Part shown: positions 35,354 to 46,007 of the stretch, piece by piece
Layout of the letters: every line of letters starts with the position of its first letter
Position numbering within the stretch: position 1 is the stretch's first letter
Assembly (NCBI GenBank): GCA_029953675.1
Contig: JAMWBK010000004.1
Span: 2,542,001 to 2,606,000, forward strand
Source: Rhodosorus marinus CCMP1338
Taxonomy: Eukaryota; Plantae; Rhodophyta
Direction: 5' to 3'
Length of the DNA stretch: 64,000 nt
Position numbers and translations under genes: made by a program
The notes under the pieces: model-generated
What the model was told of the DNA's origin: nothing
The model's database searches: none
The model's input: only the letters and a program-made list of their open reading frames with translations

Positions 35354-36179
35354 TCTGGCAAATTAAAACGCTTAAATCTCTTTGTTCTCCTTCTCTACAA
35401 GGGGGTCATCTACTGACCTTCCTGCTCCTCACCAAGCTTAACCAAGCGGACACGATACCTATATATAGACCCAACTTCACCGAGCGTCCACCGAAAAACC
35501 TCACGATAGCGTACAAGTTTTTGTGCAGGCCAAAATTTACCCTTTAAAAACAATCTCGTTTAATTTTAAGCCAATAATATCATACTAAGCATGCAAGCAA
35601 ACCAATAGAAACCACTTAAAATAAATAATTAGCAAAAATATATACTCTGTTTATTTTTTTGCCGAAAACTTCAATATATGGATACCAACGCAGTTGTTTT
35701 CCAACAATGAAAGGCTAATCCGATCAGTAAGGCCTGGTTTCGAATAATTGTATTGCATTAAGTTTTAGATGGAGATTTGACTACGTTTGGATTGCTGAAT
35801 ACCTGCTTATGAATAGTCAGCCTAATTCACATGTGGTGATATTTGGTTAGGCCGGAAAGAGTTTTTTAATGGTAAAGTTTTATACCGTTTTATGGAGTGG
35901 GCGGTCCCACGGGATAGCCCTCGCAGGAAGGGCTATTTTGGGGTTTCCTTTGGAGGCAGTGACAAGATGGTTAGTGAGGTTCGGGGTGAGTTTGAGTTTG
36001 GTGCGCCACAGTGTGATGGACCGTAGGCTGTGGAGGGGCAAGCAACTCTTGTGTTGTACTTCGTAGCTGTGATAGTGCTAGTAGCTATTGGTTTGTTAGT
36101 GTTTTCACTGGTTAGGGAGTAAGAAACTTGGGCCTCCACCCTCCTCGCGTTAGGATTACCAAGCAGAAGTTGGTAGTTC

Positions 36180-36990
36180 TTAAGGAATTGCAGTTGGTGG
36201 CACTCCTACGATGCTTTTTGCTTTCAATGTAGGTGATATGGCATCTTTAGAGTCCCAGTAAAGTTTACGAGTTGAGATTATGAGGTAACGAAAACCCCTT
36301 ACTGGCTGATCAGCTGCACTCTGCTGGTGTATGTGGTGGCATTTCTGGTGATTGCTGGGAGTGGAGATTTGCGGGGGAATTCGGAGCCTAGACTGGCGTG
36401 TTTGTATGCTGCGTCTCTGATGGAGGACTGTGTCGCTAGCTGATGGCCTGTCTCGACGAGTTGTATGCGAGCAGGAACATTTGGGGCAGAGGTTTCTGAG
36501 GTGCATATGGCTGCCGGAACTGGTGCATTCGTGTTCTAAACTGGTAGAAGGTTTCTTCTACGATTGTGCTTTTTCGGGCTTCATGTAATTGTGTTAAAAA
36601 CTATGAATGTGCTGGCAGCGTGAGGGTCTCCCAGCTCTGATACTGCCCACCAGAGTCATGGACAGAAAAGACGTGAGAAGGGACTTGATTGCAAAAGCAG
36701 ACCCTGCCTCTTGACAACCACCAAGTGCGCGTCTTCACTAAGCCTAGCAGGCAATTGGAACAATCCTTGCCTCTAGACAACCACCAAGCGCGTGGTTATC
36801 TATCAATCAATTGTCCTGCGGATAACACAATCGCAATTGTGGTCCTACTACCACTGCCTCAGCCATAGCACCAAACATCACCACGTGGGCTCCTGCAACC
36901 CCGAGCTAAATTGTGCGTATCTAGCTTCTTTGCAGAATGGCTTGATGTTTATTAGTGTGCTGCTTTTGTGTTTTCAAAACATGTGACTCG
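36180..36990 (-). mobile_element. Possible second, highly decayed LTR-retroelement remnant
   Basis: GCTCTGATAC at 36634-36643 is a 10/12 match to the reverse complement of the tRNA-iMet primer site. An imperfect 28-bp direct repeat lies at 36702 and 36765. A broken minus-strand frame reads LPQMFLLAYNSS (integrase-like). Each item is weak alone. Confidence 0.3.
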
Positions 36991-37706
36991 GACTCGTTCC
37001 CTTGTACGCCCCTTCCTTTTCCAAGCATCTCACAAGCTATCAAACTGGTGCCGTACGCTGTTTCATCTTTTCAAGGTTCTATTAAGAGTCTGCGGTTACG
37101 TTAGTCTGGGTTCATGAGGATACTCTCAAGGAGCAGAGCAGCACTAGGGCGCTCGTTCCGTTGGGCTCAGTTCCTACTATGCGGAAAAGTACAAACCCGT
37201 AGTACCAACATGTATGGGAAGTCAAGGTTCCAATCAGTGCGAAACCTTATCCTATTCCCAGGACGAAATCATCTCGAGAAAATATGCAGTCCTTGGGCAA
37301 AGAAATCTACCCGTTAGCCCTCGGACCAAAAGAGAAATGTAAATGTATATCCTAACTTTCGAAGCTTTCAACCCCGCAAAAACCAAGGCAACAGTCAGCG
37401 ACAACAGTCAGTATGTACATTCTAGACCTTGCCGACCTGCTTGTCGGCCCTAAGGACCTTCCTTCTGCCGTAGTATAGCATCGAGCTATATATATGAAGG
37501 CTCGTGAATACGTCCTTTTTCGGCGAGGTGAAACTAGTGTCCCATTTCAAGGATTTTGCCCCGCGCAGTCTCGCAAGCTATTGCCTTGATGAAAATCGGG
37601 AACAAATGCCGGCGGGAAAATGGTGACGGGATGCGCGGAAGAGCCGATTAGAAACGTTCAGGAGCGTATTCTACCAGCTGTTTGAGTAGTAATATGGTCT
37701 GAGAAG

Positions 37707-39057
37707 ATGAATGAGGATCTGTTGGAATCGCAACCTGGCCGGCGGGCATCGCGTCGTGCGCGTCGGATGCGATACACTCGGAGTGCCCAGCAAGCGCGGG
37801 GAACTTTTGCGATGTGGACTTTTGGGTTTATAGGGTTGCTAGCCGGGTTGACAACCCTAGTGGTGGCCTTGTTCGGCCGAGCTAGTATGGAACCTGACCT
37901 GGGGGTTCAGTCCAGAGACGGATCTTGTCGCCTGGAGGACTCGAGGACAATGAGGCATAGAAAGCCTCAGCCCGCCGCACTCGCGATCATGCCGGTTGTA
38001 GACGCCACAGGTGTTCGAATAAGACTAGAAAAGGTGAGGCAGTGGATTGGAAAAAAGAATCAAGAATCGATCGTTTTCTCATGCTTGGATCCTGCCCAAC
38101 CCCGCAGATGACGGGATACGTGACCGCCGCGGCGATTTGTGACCCACGGCTTAAGGCGCAACCGGGCCTGAAGCACGAATGTGGAGACGTAAATAAAGCC
38201 CTAGTCACTCTATCCGCTGCACCTCTAAGGAACGCCACAGGTGAGGACATCGAAAAGGGGGCGTATGAAGCCGTCGTGTTCCTCCCAAGAAATCCGCTTG
38301 ACTGGATTTACATGAGCTACGTAAAGGCGACGTCCAGGGTATGTTGGCAAACCCATTAGGTAGTCTTCGAAATCTGCTTTCCTAATCGTTATCAAAGTCT
38401 CACCTCTTGGAACCTTCTGTTGAGCAGCCGCTCACGGCGGGGGAGACGATACCGCAGTCGTATGTTATGGATTCTGCCGCTGTATATCAGGATGTAAGAT
38501 GCTGAAGAGCAACCTCTTTTGTCCTTAGCGATTCACCTGAACTGACTCGTACGCCCTGGATTCAGATTTTTCGTTTTTGGTCCCTTGCAAGGTTGAGGAG
38601 GCTGATGATTCCTTTTGAGGATCTTCTGTTGAACGATCTCAACAAGTGGAACCAGATTGTTCAGTTTTTGGGGATCCGACCTAGTGAATCCAGAATGCGA
38701 TGTGCTATGAAGAAGACGCAGGTGGAAAAGCAGTGGGATAGCGAGATTGCTTCATTCGAGTCTGAGGTATTAAGCATGAGCTCAAGGAGGAAGATCGGTC
38801 GACCTTCGCTGCGGGTCTTACAGGAGGACGTCTTACTCAGCTAACGGTTGATGCTTTTTTTTACGTGCTTCGGTTAGGAGTGGTTTACCGAGGAGTCCAA
38901 GTCATACTTGGCAGAAGAGCTGGCTAGAGAGCTCTGTATCATGGGGTATGATCAAAAATTTTTGGAGATGAACGTCAAATGTGAAGATCGATGGCTTGAA
39001 GAGAAGGCATTTCGCGAAGATCTGGACGTCGTCAGAACGAAAGCCTTAATGGATTGA
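37707..39057 (+). CDS. Type II membrane sulfotransferase-like protein (WSCD-type fold), 5 exons
   Basis: Basic cytosolic tail and one TM helix (WTFGFIGLLAGLTTLVVALF), then ALAIMPVVDATGVRIRLEKMTGY, AVVFLPRNPLDWIYMSY and LMIPFEDLLLNDLNKWNQIVQFLGI, which align by memory with sulfotransferase 5'-PSB, 3'-PB and YED motifs. Four GT-AG introns keep the frame to TGA at 39055-39057. Confidence 0.7.
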
Positions 39058-39122
39058 CAGTATATGGATTCCTTTACCACGCTTCGATTGAGATTGTGGA
39101 GTGAGAGCAATCGCTTGGTTTA

Positions 39123-39690
39123 TCAAGCTGGCATGTTACACCAGATACGTAGGATCCGAAATAGGGGCACGGGCGGCACCACCTGTATTCGGGGAGGGTC
39201 ATACATTGGAAGCATAGACGAGCGTGATTTTGAACGGCTTAGATTCTGGCAAAAAACTGACCGAAACAGCTGCACAATATCCAACTAGAAACCTCTTTCC
39301 TTCAACGAATTCGGCGCCCCGGGGGGACCAAAAGGAGCGAAGGTACTTGTTCACGTGCGCTGCTCGACGGGCAGTTTCATACGCCATACTACTAATTTGA
39401 ATAGTAAAATTGTGGGAACAAGAAATCACACGTCAGCAGTGTGGAGTCCAAAATCTCTGACCAAAAAGCTGACCGGGAACCGTAGAGGCCCTGCGAACCT
39501 CCCATGGATCCTGCAAACGATGACCGACTCCCTAAAAACGACTTAGATAGGGCCCTCCGTGCATTCGTAAAGGCCAAGAGTTCCGTGGTCGCTTTAACGA
39601 GATTCCCAAACAATGACGTCATTGGCTCTCAATTAAATACGTTTGCACATCTCAAGTGTCGAAATCCTCCAACTACAGCCAACCAGCAAG
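39123..39690 (-). CDS. Hypothetical multi-exon protein convergent with the sulfotransferase-like gene
   Basis: Two GTCAG...AG introns join ATTELLAFTNARRAL...GLYGSR, SMAYETARRAAHVNKYLRSFW... and VVPPVPLFRILRIWCNMPA* in frame. Start not resolved and no family recognised. Confidence 0.35.
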
Positions 39691-40748
39691 TTTGCCAACA
39701 CTCGCAGTATCAGCTGCTCCCTTCCCCATTTAGGCGCAGAAGACAGGACTGTTCAAATTGACTGTATCAATCAACAACATGCTGACAGTGATCTAGGTTT
39801 TCTCGTTTTGTTCTATATCGTAATTTTAACTTGTATTTTGGAAGATCAAATGGGGCAAAGTGCGATTGAAAATGGACATTTTCTCCGCCTCCTCGAAGCA
39901 TGGTCCAATAGAAACTATACTTATACTGAACACTTCAAAATATATTTATTATTTAGTTCTAATTGCACGAGGCGACGGGGAATACTTCTGGGCCCCTCGA
40001 TTCGGAAATTTTTTAAGGTTTTCGAATAAGCGGTAGTTGTACAGGGTAATAGTGGGCGTTTTTCGTTCTGATTGATTGAAAATCGGTAAAATTCTAGAAA
40101 GAACCGATAATTATAAAAAAAACAAGTATTTGCCGGAATCTGATTGGAGTAATAAAATTCAAAAACAATTGAAAGACATGGTGGTTTCCAAATCAAGATA
40201 TTGTATAAATTATATTTGGGGAGGGCTATTGGAAACCATTCAATAAATGAACTATAAAAGGTATATTCAACCCGTTTGTTTCAAAAAATAAGGAAGTTAG
40301 CATCACATCCTGACATTTCCTTCGAGGGTTTGGATATTATTTTTTGGTTGTTTTTGGAAGTAGAAACGCCAGTGGACCGCAACCCGAGGTTTCTGTGGGG
40401 GAGGTTAGAGAAAATAGAATTTTTGTAATGTTTTTTTCGAGGGTGGCATGATAGTTGTAACCAGTCGTTAATGGATGGAGGACTCTTTTTTGGATAGAAT
40501 GCGCGTTTGACGTTATGGGGTAGTGTCATCTTTCATTACTTGATCTAAAACTCTGTTAGGGTTGGCGTTAACTGTCATTCTTAGATGATAGGTGACGCCG
40601 AGTTGAGCTGTGAACATTTCAGGTGGTTGAGCAAGGACTATATATGCAGTTGGTAGTGGAGTTTGGGAAGGTGAGGTGTGGGTTTGGATATTGGGTTCAA
40701 GTGATATAAGTACTAAAGTACAATTTGTTTGTTTGAAGTGTTTCAAGG

Positions 40749-42125
40749 ATGGGACGACCGTTGGAATCTGAGGTGGTTCGTTTAGTTTTGGTTGGTGGTG
40801 GTCATTCACACCAGCAGGTAGTGCAGAGTCTGGGAAGGAGCTCCGTTGAGAGTGTGAGTGACGGCAAGAGGTTTGAGCTTGTACTTGTCTCTGACTCGAA
40901 GTCAGCGATGTACTCTGGTATGGTGCCATCGGTTGTGGCTGGGGGTGTACCGGATGAGGACGCAAGTGTTGAGCTTGAGGCGCTCTGCCGGGCATCGGGA
41001 TGGAGGCTCATCACGGGCAGGGTTACGGATGTCAAGGCCGCGCAGAAGGAAATTGAGATCGACGGTACGAGTACGTTGTCATACGATTTGATTTCGTTTG
41101 ATGTGGGTTCAGAGACGAGAGCCCTGAACGGAACTGAAGCTGCCATGAAAGAGGGAGCCAATATAGTATTGACCAGACCAATACGGGATCTCCGAGGCCG
41201 AATTGACGAAATTCTTGCCTCGTTGGGACCCAAAAGAAACGCCAAGGTAGTTGTCGTCGGCGGAGGAGCCGCAGGATCTGAACTGGCTTTCGCGCTGAGA
41301 GATAAGCTAGGTAACAAGGGTCAAATTACCGTGATTACGTCCGACACAAATCGTCTCGGCTCTTTCACCAACAAGAGAGCAAGCGCAACTGTGGCAGCGG
41401 AATTCAGAGAGCATAATATCTCCCTCAAGCAAGGCAAAGTATCGATTGTCGATATCGACTTTGTACAGATGCTGGACAGGTCCAAGATGCAGTACGATCT
41501 TCTGGTTATCGCAACCGGTGCACAAGGGGCTAGATGGATGCAGAAAACGGACCTCGACCTCGATCCACACGGTTTCATTCGCGTGCAAGCCAATCTTCAG
41601 TCGGCGGCGAATCCAGAGGTCTTCGCATCTGGAGACTGCGCAGCCTTCCCCGGATCTCTGCCGAAAGCGGGAGTCTTTGCGGTCAGAATGGGACCCATTC
41701 TTCTCAAGAACCTTCGATCTTCGCTTTGCATGGTTTTCCAAGGCCAAGCTGTAAAATCGGCTCACCTCATGGACTTCAAGCCCCAGATGCACATGCTGTC
41801 GCTGTTGAGAACCTCTGACGGCATGGCAATAGGCAGCAAATGGGGACTGGTATTTAGAGGACGGTGGGTGCGATCCATGAAGAACAAAATTGATCGCCAG
41901 TGGATTAATCGGTTCACTGACCAACACTCGAGCAGTGGATTTCTTGGACCCACCTTTCGCGGTCACCCTGTGGAAGGTGCCTCGATTATCCTGAACGCCG
42001 ATGTACTTCAGGAAAACTTTGAGGATCAACTGTCGGTCCTTGACAAAATGGCGGAGGACGCCAATTTTCGTCAGCAAGTCATAAACGTCGCTGACAACGT
42101 ATTCGACAATGTTAACTCAAATTAA
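40749..42125 (+). CDS. Intronless FAD-dependent pyridine nucleotide-disulfide oxidoreductase of the type found N-terminal to SelD (NDH-2/AIF-like fold)
   Basis: 458-codon ORF: LVLVGGGHSH, YSGMVPSVVAG, LSYDLISFDVGS, VVVGGGAAGSELAFAL, VFASGDCA, PKAGVFAVRMGPILLKNL, FKPQMHMLSLL, KNKIDRQWINRF. No SelD catalytic domain follows. Confidence 0.9.
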   Translation: MGRPLESEVVRLVLVGGGHSHQQVVQSLGRSSVESVSDGKRFELVLVSDSKSAMYSGMVPSVVAGGVPDEDASVELEALCRASGWRLITGRVTDVKAAQKEIEIDGTSTLSYDLISFDVGSETRALNGTEAAMKEGANIVLTRPIRDLRGRIDEILASLGPKRNAKVVVVGGGAAGSELAFALRDKLGNKGQITVITSDTNRLGSFTNKRASATVAAEFREHNISLKQGKVSIVDIDFVQMLDRSKMQYDLLVIATGAQGARWMQKTDLDLDPHGFIRVQANLQSAANPEVFASGDCAAFPGSLPKAGVFAVRMGPILLKNLRSSLCMVFQGQAVKSAHLMDFKPQMHMLSLLRTSDGMAIGSKWGLVFRGRWVRSMKNKIDRQWINRFTDQHSSSGFLGPTFRGHPVEGASIILNADVLQENFEDQLSVLDKMAEDANFRQQVINVADNVFDNVNSN

Positions 42126-42512
42126 TCCATCAATTATTAACAAATCGTGGAGGAGGTTAAGAGAACTAAAGACTATTTAATAACCTGATGCCATAACCAA
42201 AACGATGCGAATTTGCCCTTCTACCGCACCGGCCCGGAGTTTAAACCTAACTCCATTTCCACCAAGAACACATATATAAACTGCTTACCACTGGCTTTGC
42301 GTTTCCTCCAACTCGCGTTTCAACTCGATCAGCAGAATAATACTTCGTATTGCCGGTTACTTGCACTCAGGCAAGGCAACTCTACACCCAGAACCTCCTC
42401 ATTTGATACCTTTTGTCACACGGCTTATTAGTCAACAAACCAACTGCACCTTGGCCGCCCAGGTTCCTAACACTTGCGGAGGGTGAGATAACCAACAAAT
42501 ACGCCCACGAGC

Positions 42513-42550
42513 TCCAATAACAGCTCCATCAACAGCTCCATCAACAGCTC
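42513..42550. repeat. Short 12-bp tandem repeat (ACAGCTCCATCA, about 3 copies)
   Basis: ctccaataacagctccatcaacagctccatcaacagctct is directly visible. Confidence 0.7.
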
Positions 42551-43077
42551 TATATCGCCACGTTAGCAAAAGTTGTAAGGGAATGTTCACAATGTAGCTG
42601 ATCATACTATTGAAAACTATCATCGCACTCCCGAGGGGGGTGCCCGCTGTTGGAATTCTGGCTCTGGCATTGAATAGTGATCACTTCTGAGTTGGAAAGG
42701 CTGTCTCTCTCACTCAAATGATTTTTCTATATGCATGGTGAACGTTAGCAACCGTCGATTAGCGACAAGTGCTCTGCGTTTTACACCTCTACGAATTCAC
42801 TGTCAGCGCCCCGTCGATGCGTCGACTAAAAAAGGGCGTACAGCGCTGTGTCGTTCGCTACAGCGCACTCCACGAAACGAACAGCCCAGAATGGCCAATG
42901 GATTACTAGCACCGAACCGGGATCTTTGTGCCAATTAACACGAGGTCTACGATGAGAGCAGCGGTCGTTCCAACCATCAACAAGATCACGAAACCGAACA
43001 GGAATGCGCTTGTGTTGCTACCATAACTTCGTGTAACCGGTGGTTGATTGGAACCTGCGCAAAGACGAAGAAGGGTT

Positions 43078-44329
43078 TCAGGAGGGGTCTTCGAAGAGCG
43101 GCTTGAATCCCATCGCACGTGAAAAATATCGAACAACCCCGCGTGGAAAGCGCTTAGGGCAGAGCGACCTACTTTGAGAGTCATCATAACTAACATCGTC
43201 GAGTTCAGCTTCCTCTGGTTCTGTCGGAACTAGTTCCAGTTCCAAGTGCTGCTTGCTCCTTTCTGACCAACCCACGTACGTTAGCACCACGACAATTGTT
43301 AGTACAAACCCCAGTATGCTGTATCGGGACGCTCCAATAATGAATAAACCGGTAAGAATAACTGACATAGCAGTGGCGATCGTGCTTAAACCGATCACAA
43401 GATGGGATATTCTCCAGTCGTTTCTCCATAGCGAGCTGTGATCAGGACGGAAGAAGAGAGCTACAAACTCTTGCACAAAGCAGAAGAACAGCATCACGAA
43501 ACCCGCGATGGTGTGATAGCTGGTGACGGTGAGGAAGCCCTTCTGACCAACTTCTATCACGAGAAATCCGGCAAACCCAGTCAAGAGAGAAACAATCTGC
43601 GACTCGACCTTTTCAGATTCTCGGGCCTGCCACGCGTTTTCTTTTGGGATTGAAATGCTTACCATCAGAAATCGATGTGCGGAGAACGACGATAACACCC
43701 TATATCTTACTCCACCGTACCGCATGAGCAAGGCACTTAGAGGCATTAAGAATCCAAAGGCGATGACCATGATAATTCCATGCAAGCCACCAGAAGACAT
43801 TGTTGTTCTAGCTATGGTTTTGTAAGCAATTTTCTTGCACGTGCAATATTCTGTATCGTTCCCGCGTTTTATGGACTCAGGTGGAATCGCTGTTTTTTCC
43901 GCAGGATGGGAAAGAAAATTGGTCCTCGCGAGCTGTGAATCGTCTCCATTCCAGCAGCAACAGGGATCCCCCAGTTCTTCTCCGTTTGTGAATCCGTCTT
44001 TGTCAGAATCTAGTTCACAGAAATCCCTCGACCAGGTATATCCAGCTAGACAAAAGTCTTTCCCAAACCGGTTCGTTTCCGCATATCCATAGCACATCTC
44101 ATGTCCAAATGCGACACAGATAGTATCAGAGAACCGCAACCCATTCGGCAACAACATCAGATACCTACAAAACAGCAAGTAACAAAAGAAAGCGGTACTC
44201 TTTAGAGGATACGCATGAGGCAGCTGTCAGAAGAAAAATCTCCAAAAAAAACACGTACTCTCTATGAGCGTATCCCAGCCGACCTGCACATAGTACCAGC
44301 ACCAAAACCATGGCAACTCTAAACCCCAT
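43078..44329 (-). CDS. Signal peptide + temptin-like domain + cytochrome b561 (FRRS1/CYBDOM-type) transmembrane domain
   Basis: MGFRVAMVLVLVLCAGRLGYA signal; LLPNG...FGH...NRFGKDF...WSRDFCELDSDKDGFTNGEELGDPCCCW is a temptin signature; LHGIIMVIAFG, SAHRFLM, SYHTIAGF and WRISHLVIG give four His heme ligands. Two introns inferred. Confidence 0.85.
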
Positions 44330-44915
44330 GGCACCACCGTAACCCGCCCACAAAAACCCAGAACGAAAGACCCCCCCCCAAAAAAAAAAAAAAACAACAA
44401 CCCAAACCACTCCGCTACGTCATCCCCGACACACCATCCTTGACTGGAAACCAGTACCCCACACATCCTCACTCCATCCTTAAACCAAACGTCGCTTCAC
44501 AAAACGTCATCTTCCCTTCTACAAATCAGCAGAAAGCCAAATTTCCGCCAGAAAAGAATCCCAAAATCCCCCCTAAACCCCCCCAAAAAAATTCTTTAAA
44601 TCCGCTATCCAAATTCTCACATATTACAATCCACCGATCCCCATCCTCCTCCCCAACTCCTCAATAACAAAAAAAAATTTCATTGATATCTCGACCGTCC
44701 TGGACCGAGGCTAAAACTGTACGGTGTACATATTTTGGTTTTAAAGGGTATCAACCACAACACATGAATTAAGTAAGAAATTATATGTATATCTACAAAA
44801 TATAATATATTCATTAAATGTTTTTATCGGAAGTAATTATTCCCATTTTTATGGAAGGGACGACTGCGTTGTATGGTGCGGTGAGTTTTGGGATTTTGTG
44901 TGGTATTTATTAGAA

Positions 44916-44937
44916 ATATATATATATATATATATAT
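44916..44937. repeat. (AT)11 microsatellite
   Basis: Directly visible run of AT units. Confidence 0.95.
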
Positions 44938-46007
44938 GCTATTTTCCGGTGTGCGGGAGAGGGGGGGGGGTGGGGATCGAGGGAGGTGATCCTGACCGGG
45001 TTCTCAAACTAGAACCCGAACGTGTAGGCGAGCGGGTTTGGAGGCAAGCTCTTGGTGACGGGGGTAGACGATGACGGAAGTTATGAACTTGTTGCGAGGA
45101 CCCGTTGACAACAAACGAACTACAATCCTATTTGAACTCTCCTGAGGAGATGAACACCGCAATCCTCTACTTTTTTTTGGCTTTAGTTCCCGTCTAGCAG
45201 CAAATGGAGAGGGCAGCAGCGGTGCCCTGAGGAGATTGGGATGCTAGGAGAGGAGTATCTGAGCTCGAATGCGCTGATGGAAGACCTCCATTGATGAGGC
45301 GTGTTGAATCAGCTAAAAGCTGTCTCTCTCCATTCCTAAACGTAGATTGAGATGGAAGGGATAGAGACTTCGATATGGCAACTGACTGCAGTCGAGCTCA
45401 TCGCTAAAACAGCGAAAAAAAGCGTGCGATTCCGAGCAAAAACCGAGGCGAAAACCCGCGTTTTCTCAGCGGTAGAGCAACAGAAAACCAATTCCCGGAA
45501 TCGTGAAATGCAGGGTTTTTTTTTGACTCCAATTGCTCCCTACTGACGCGGTGCAAAAAGCGCATTTCTGATGGCCCCTCCAAATATTCAACATTGTACA
45601 GTAACTAGTTGCTGTTTATTACTATATATTCCACACACTTGAGGAACGCGTACATGAATATTGTAATATATTCAATAAATCCATCGTACTTGTTCACTGT
45701 ATGTACTGTACATGGAGAATGCGGGCATCCGCACGAAACGAAGAGTATAAAATTTTGTATAATCATATCTATTGTTTCATACAGCCAATGGTTTTAGGCG
45801 AAAGCTCAATGGTACTGGTGAAATACAAAATAATCAAATAGAAACTCAGAAATATGGTCTAAAAGTATATAATAAAAGAGTATACTGTAAAATTTATTTT
45901 AGTAGTAAATATTCCTAAGCGCATGCTTCTCATCTTTTCTCATCTTTTCATAGGATGAAGAAATATTCAATCTGTAAAGTTTTTGGTTTTTGATGAGTAA
46001 TATTCAC

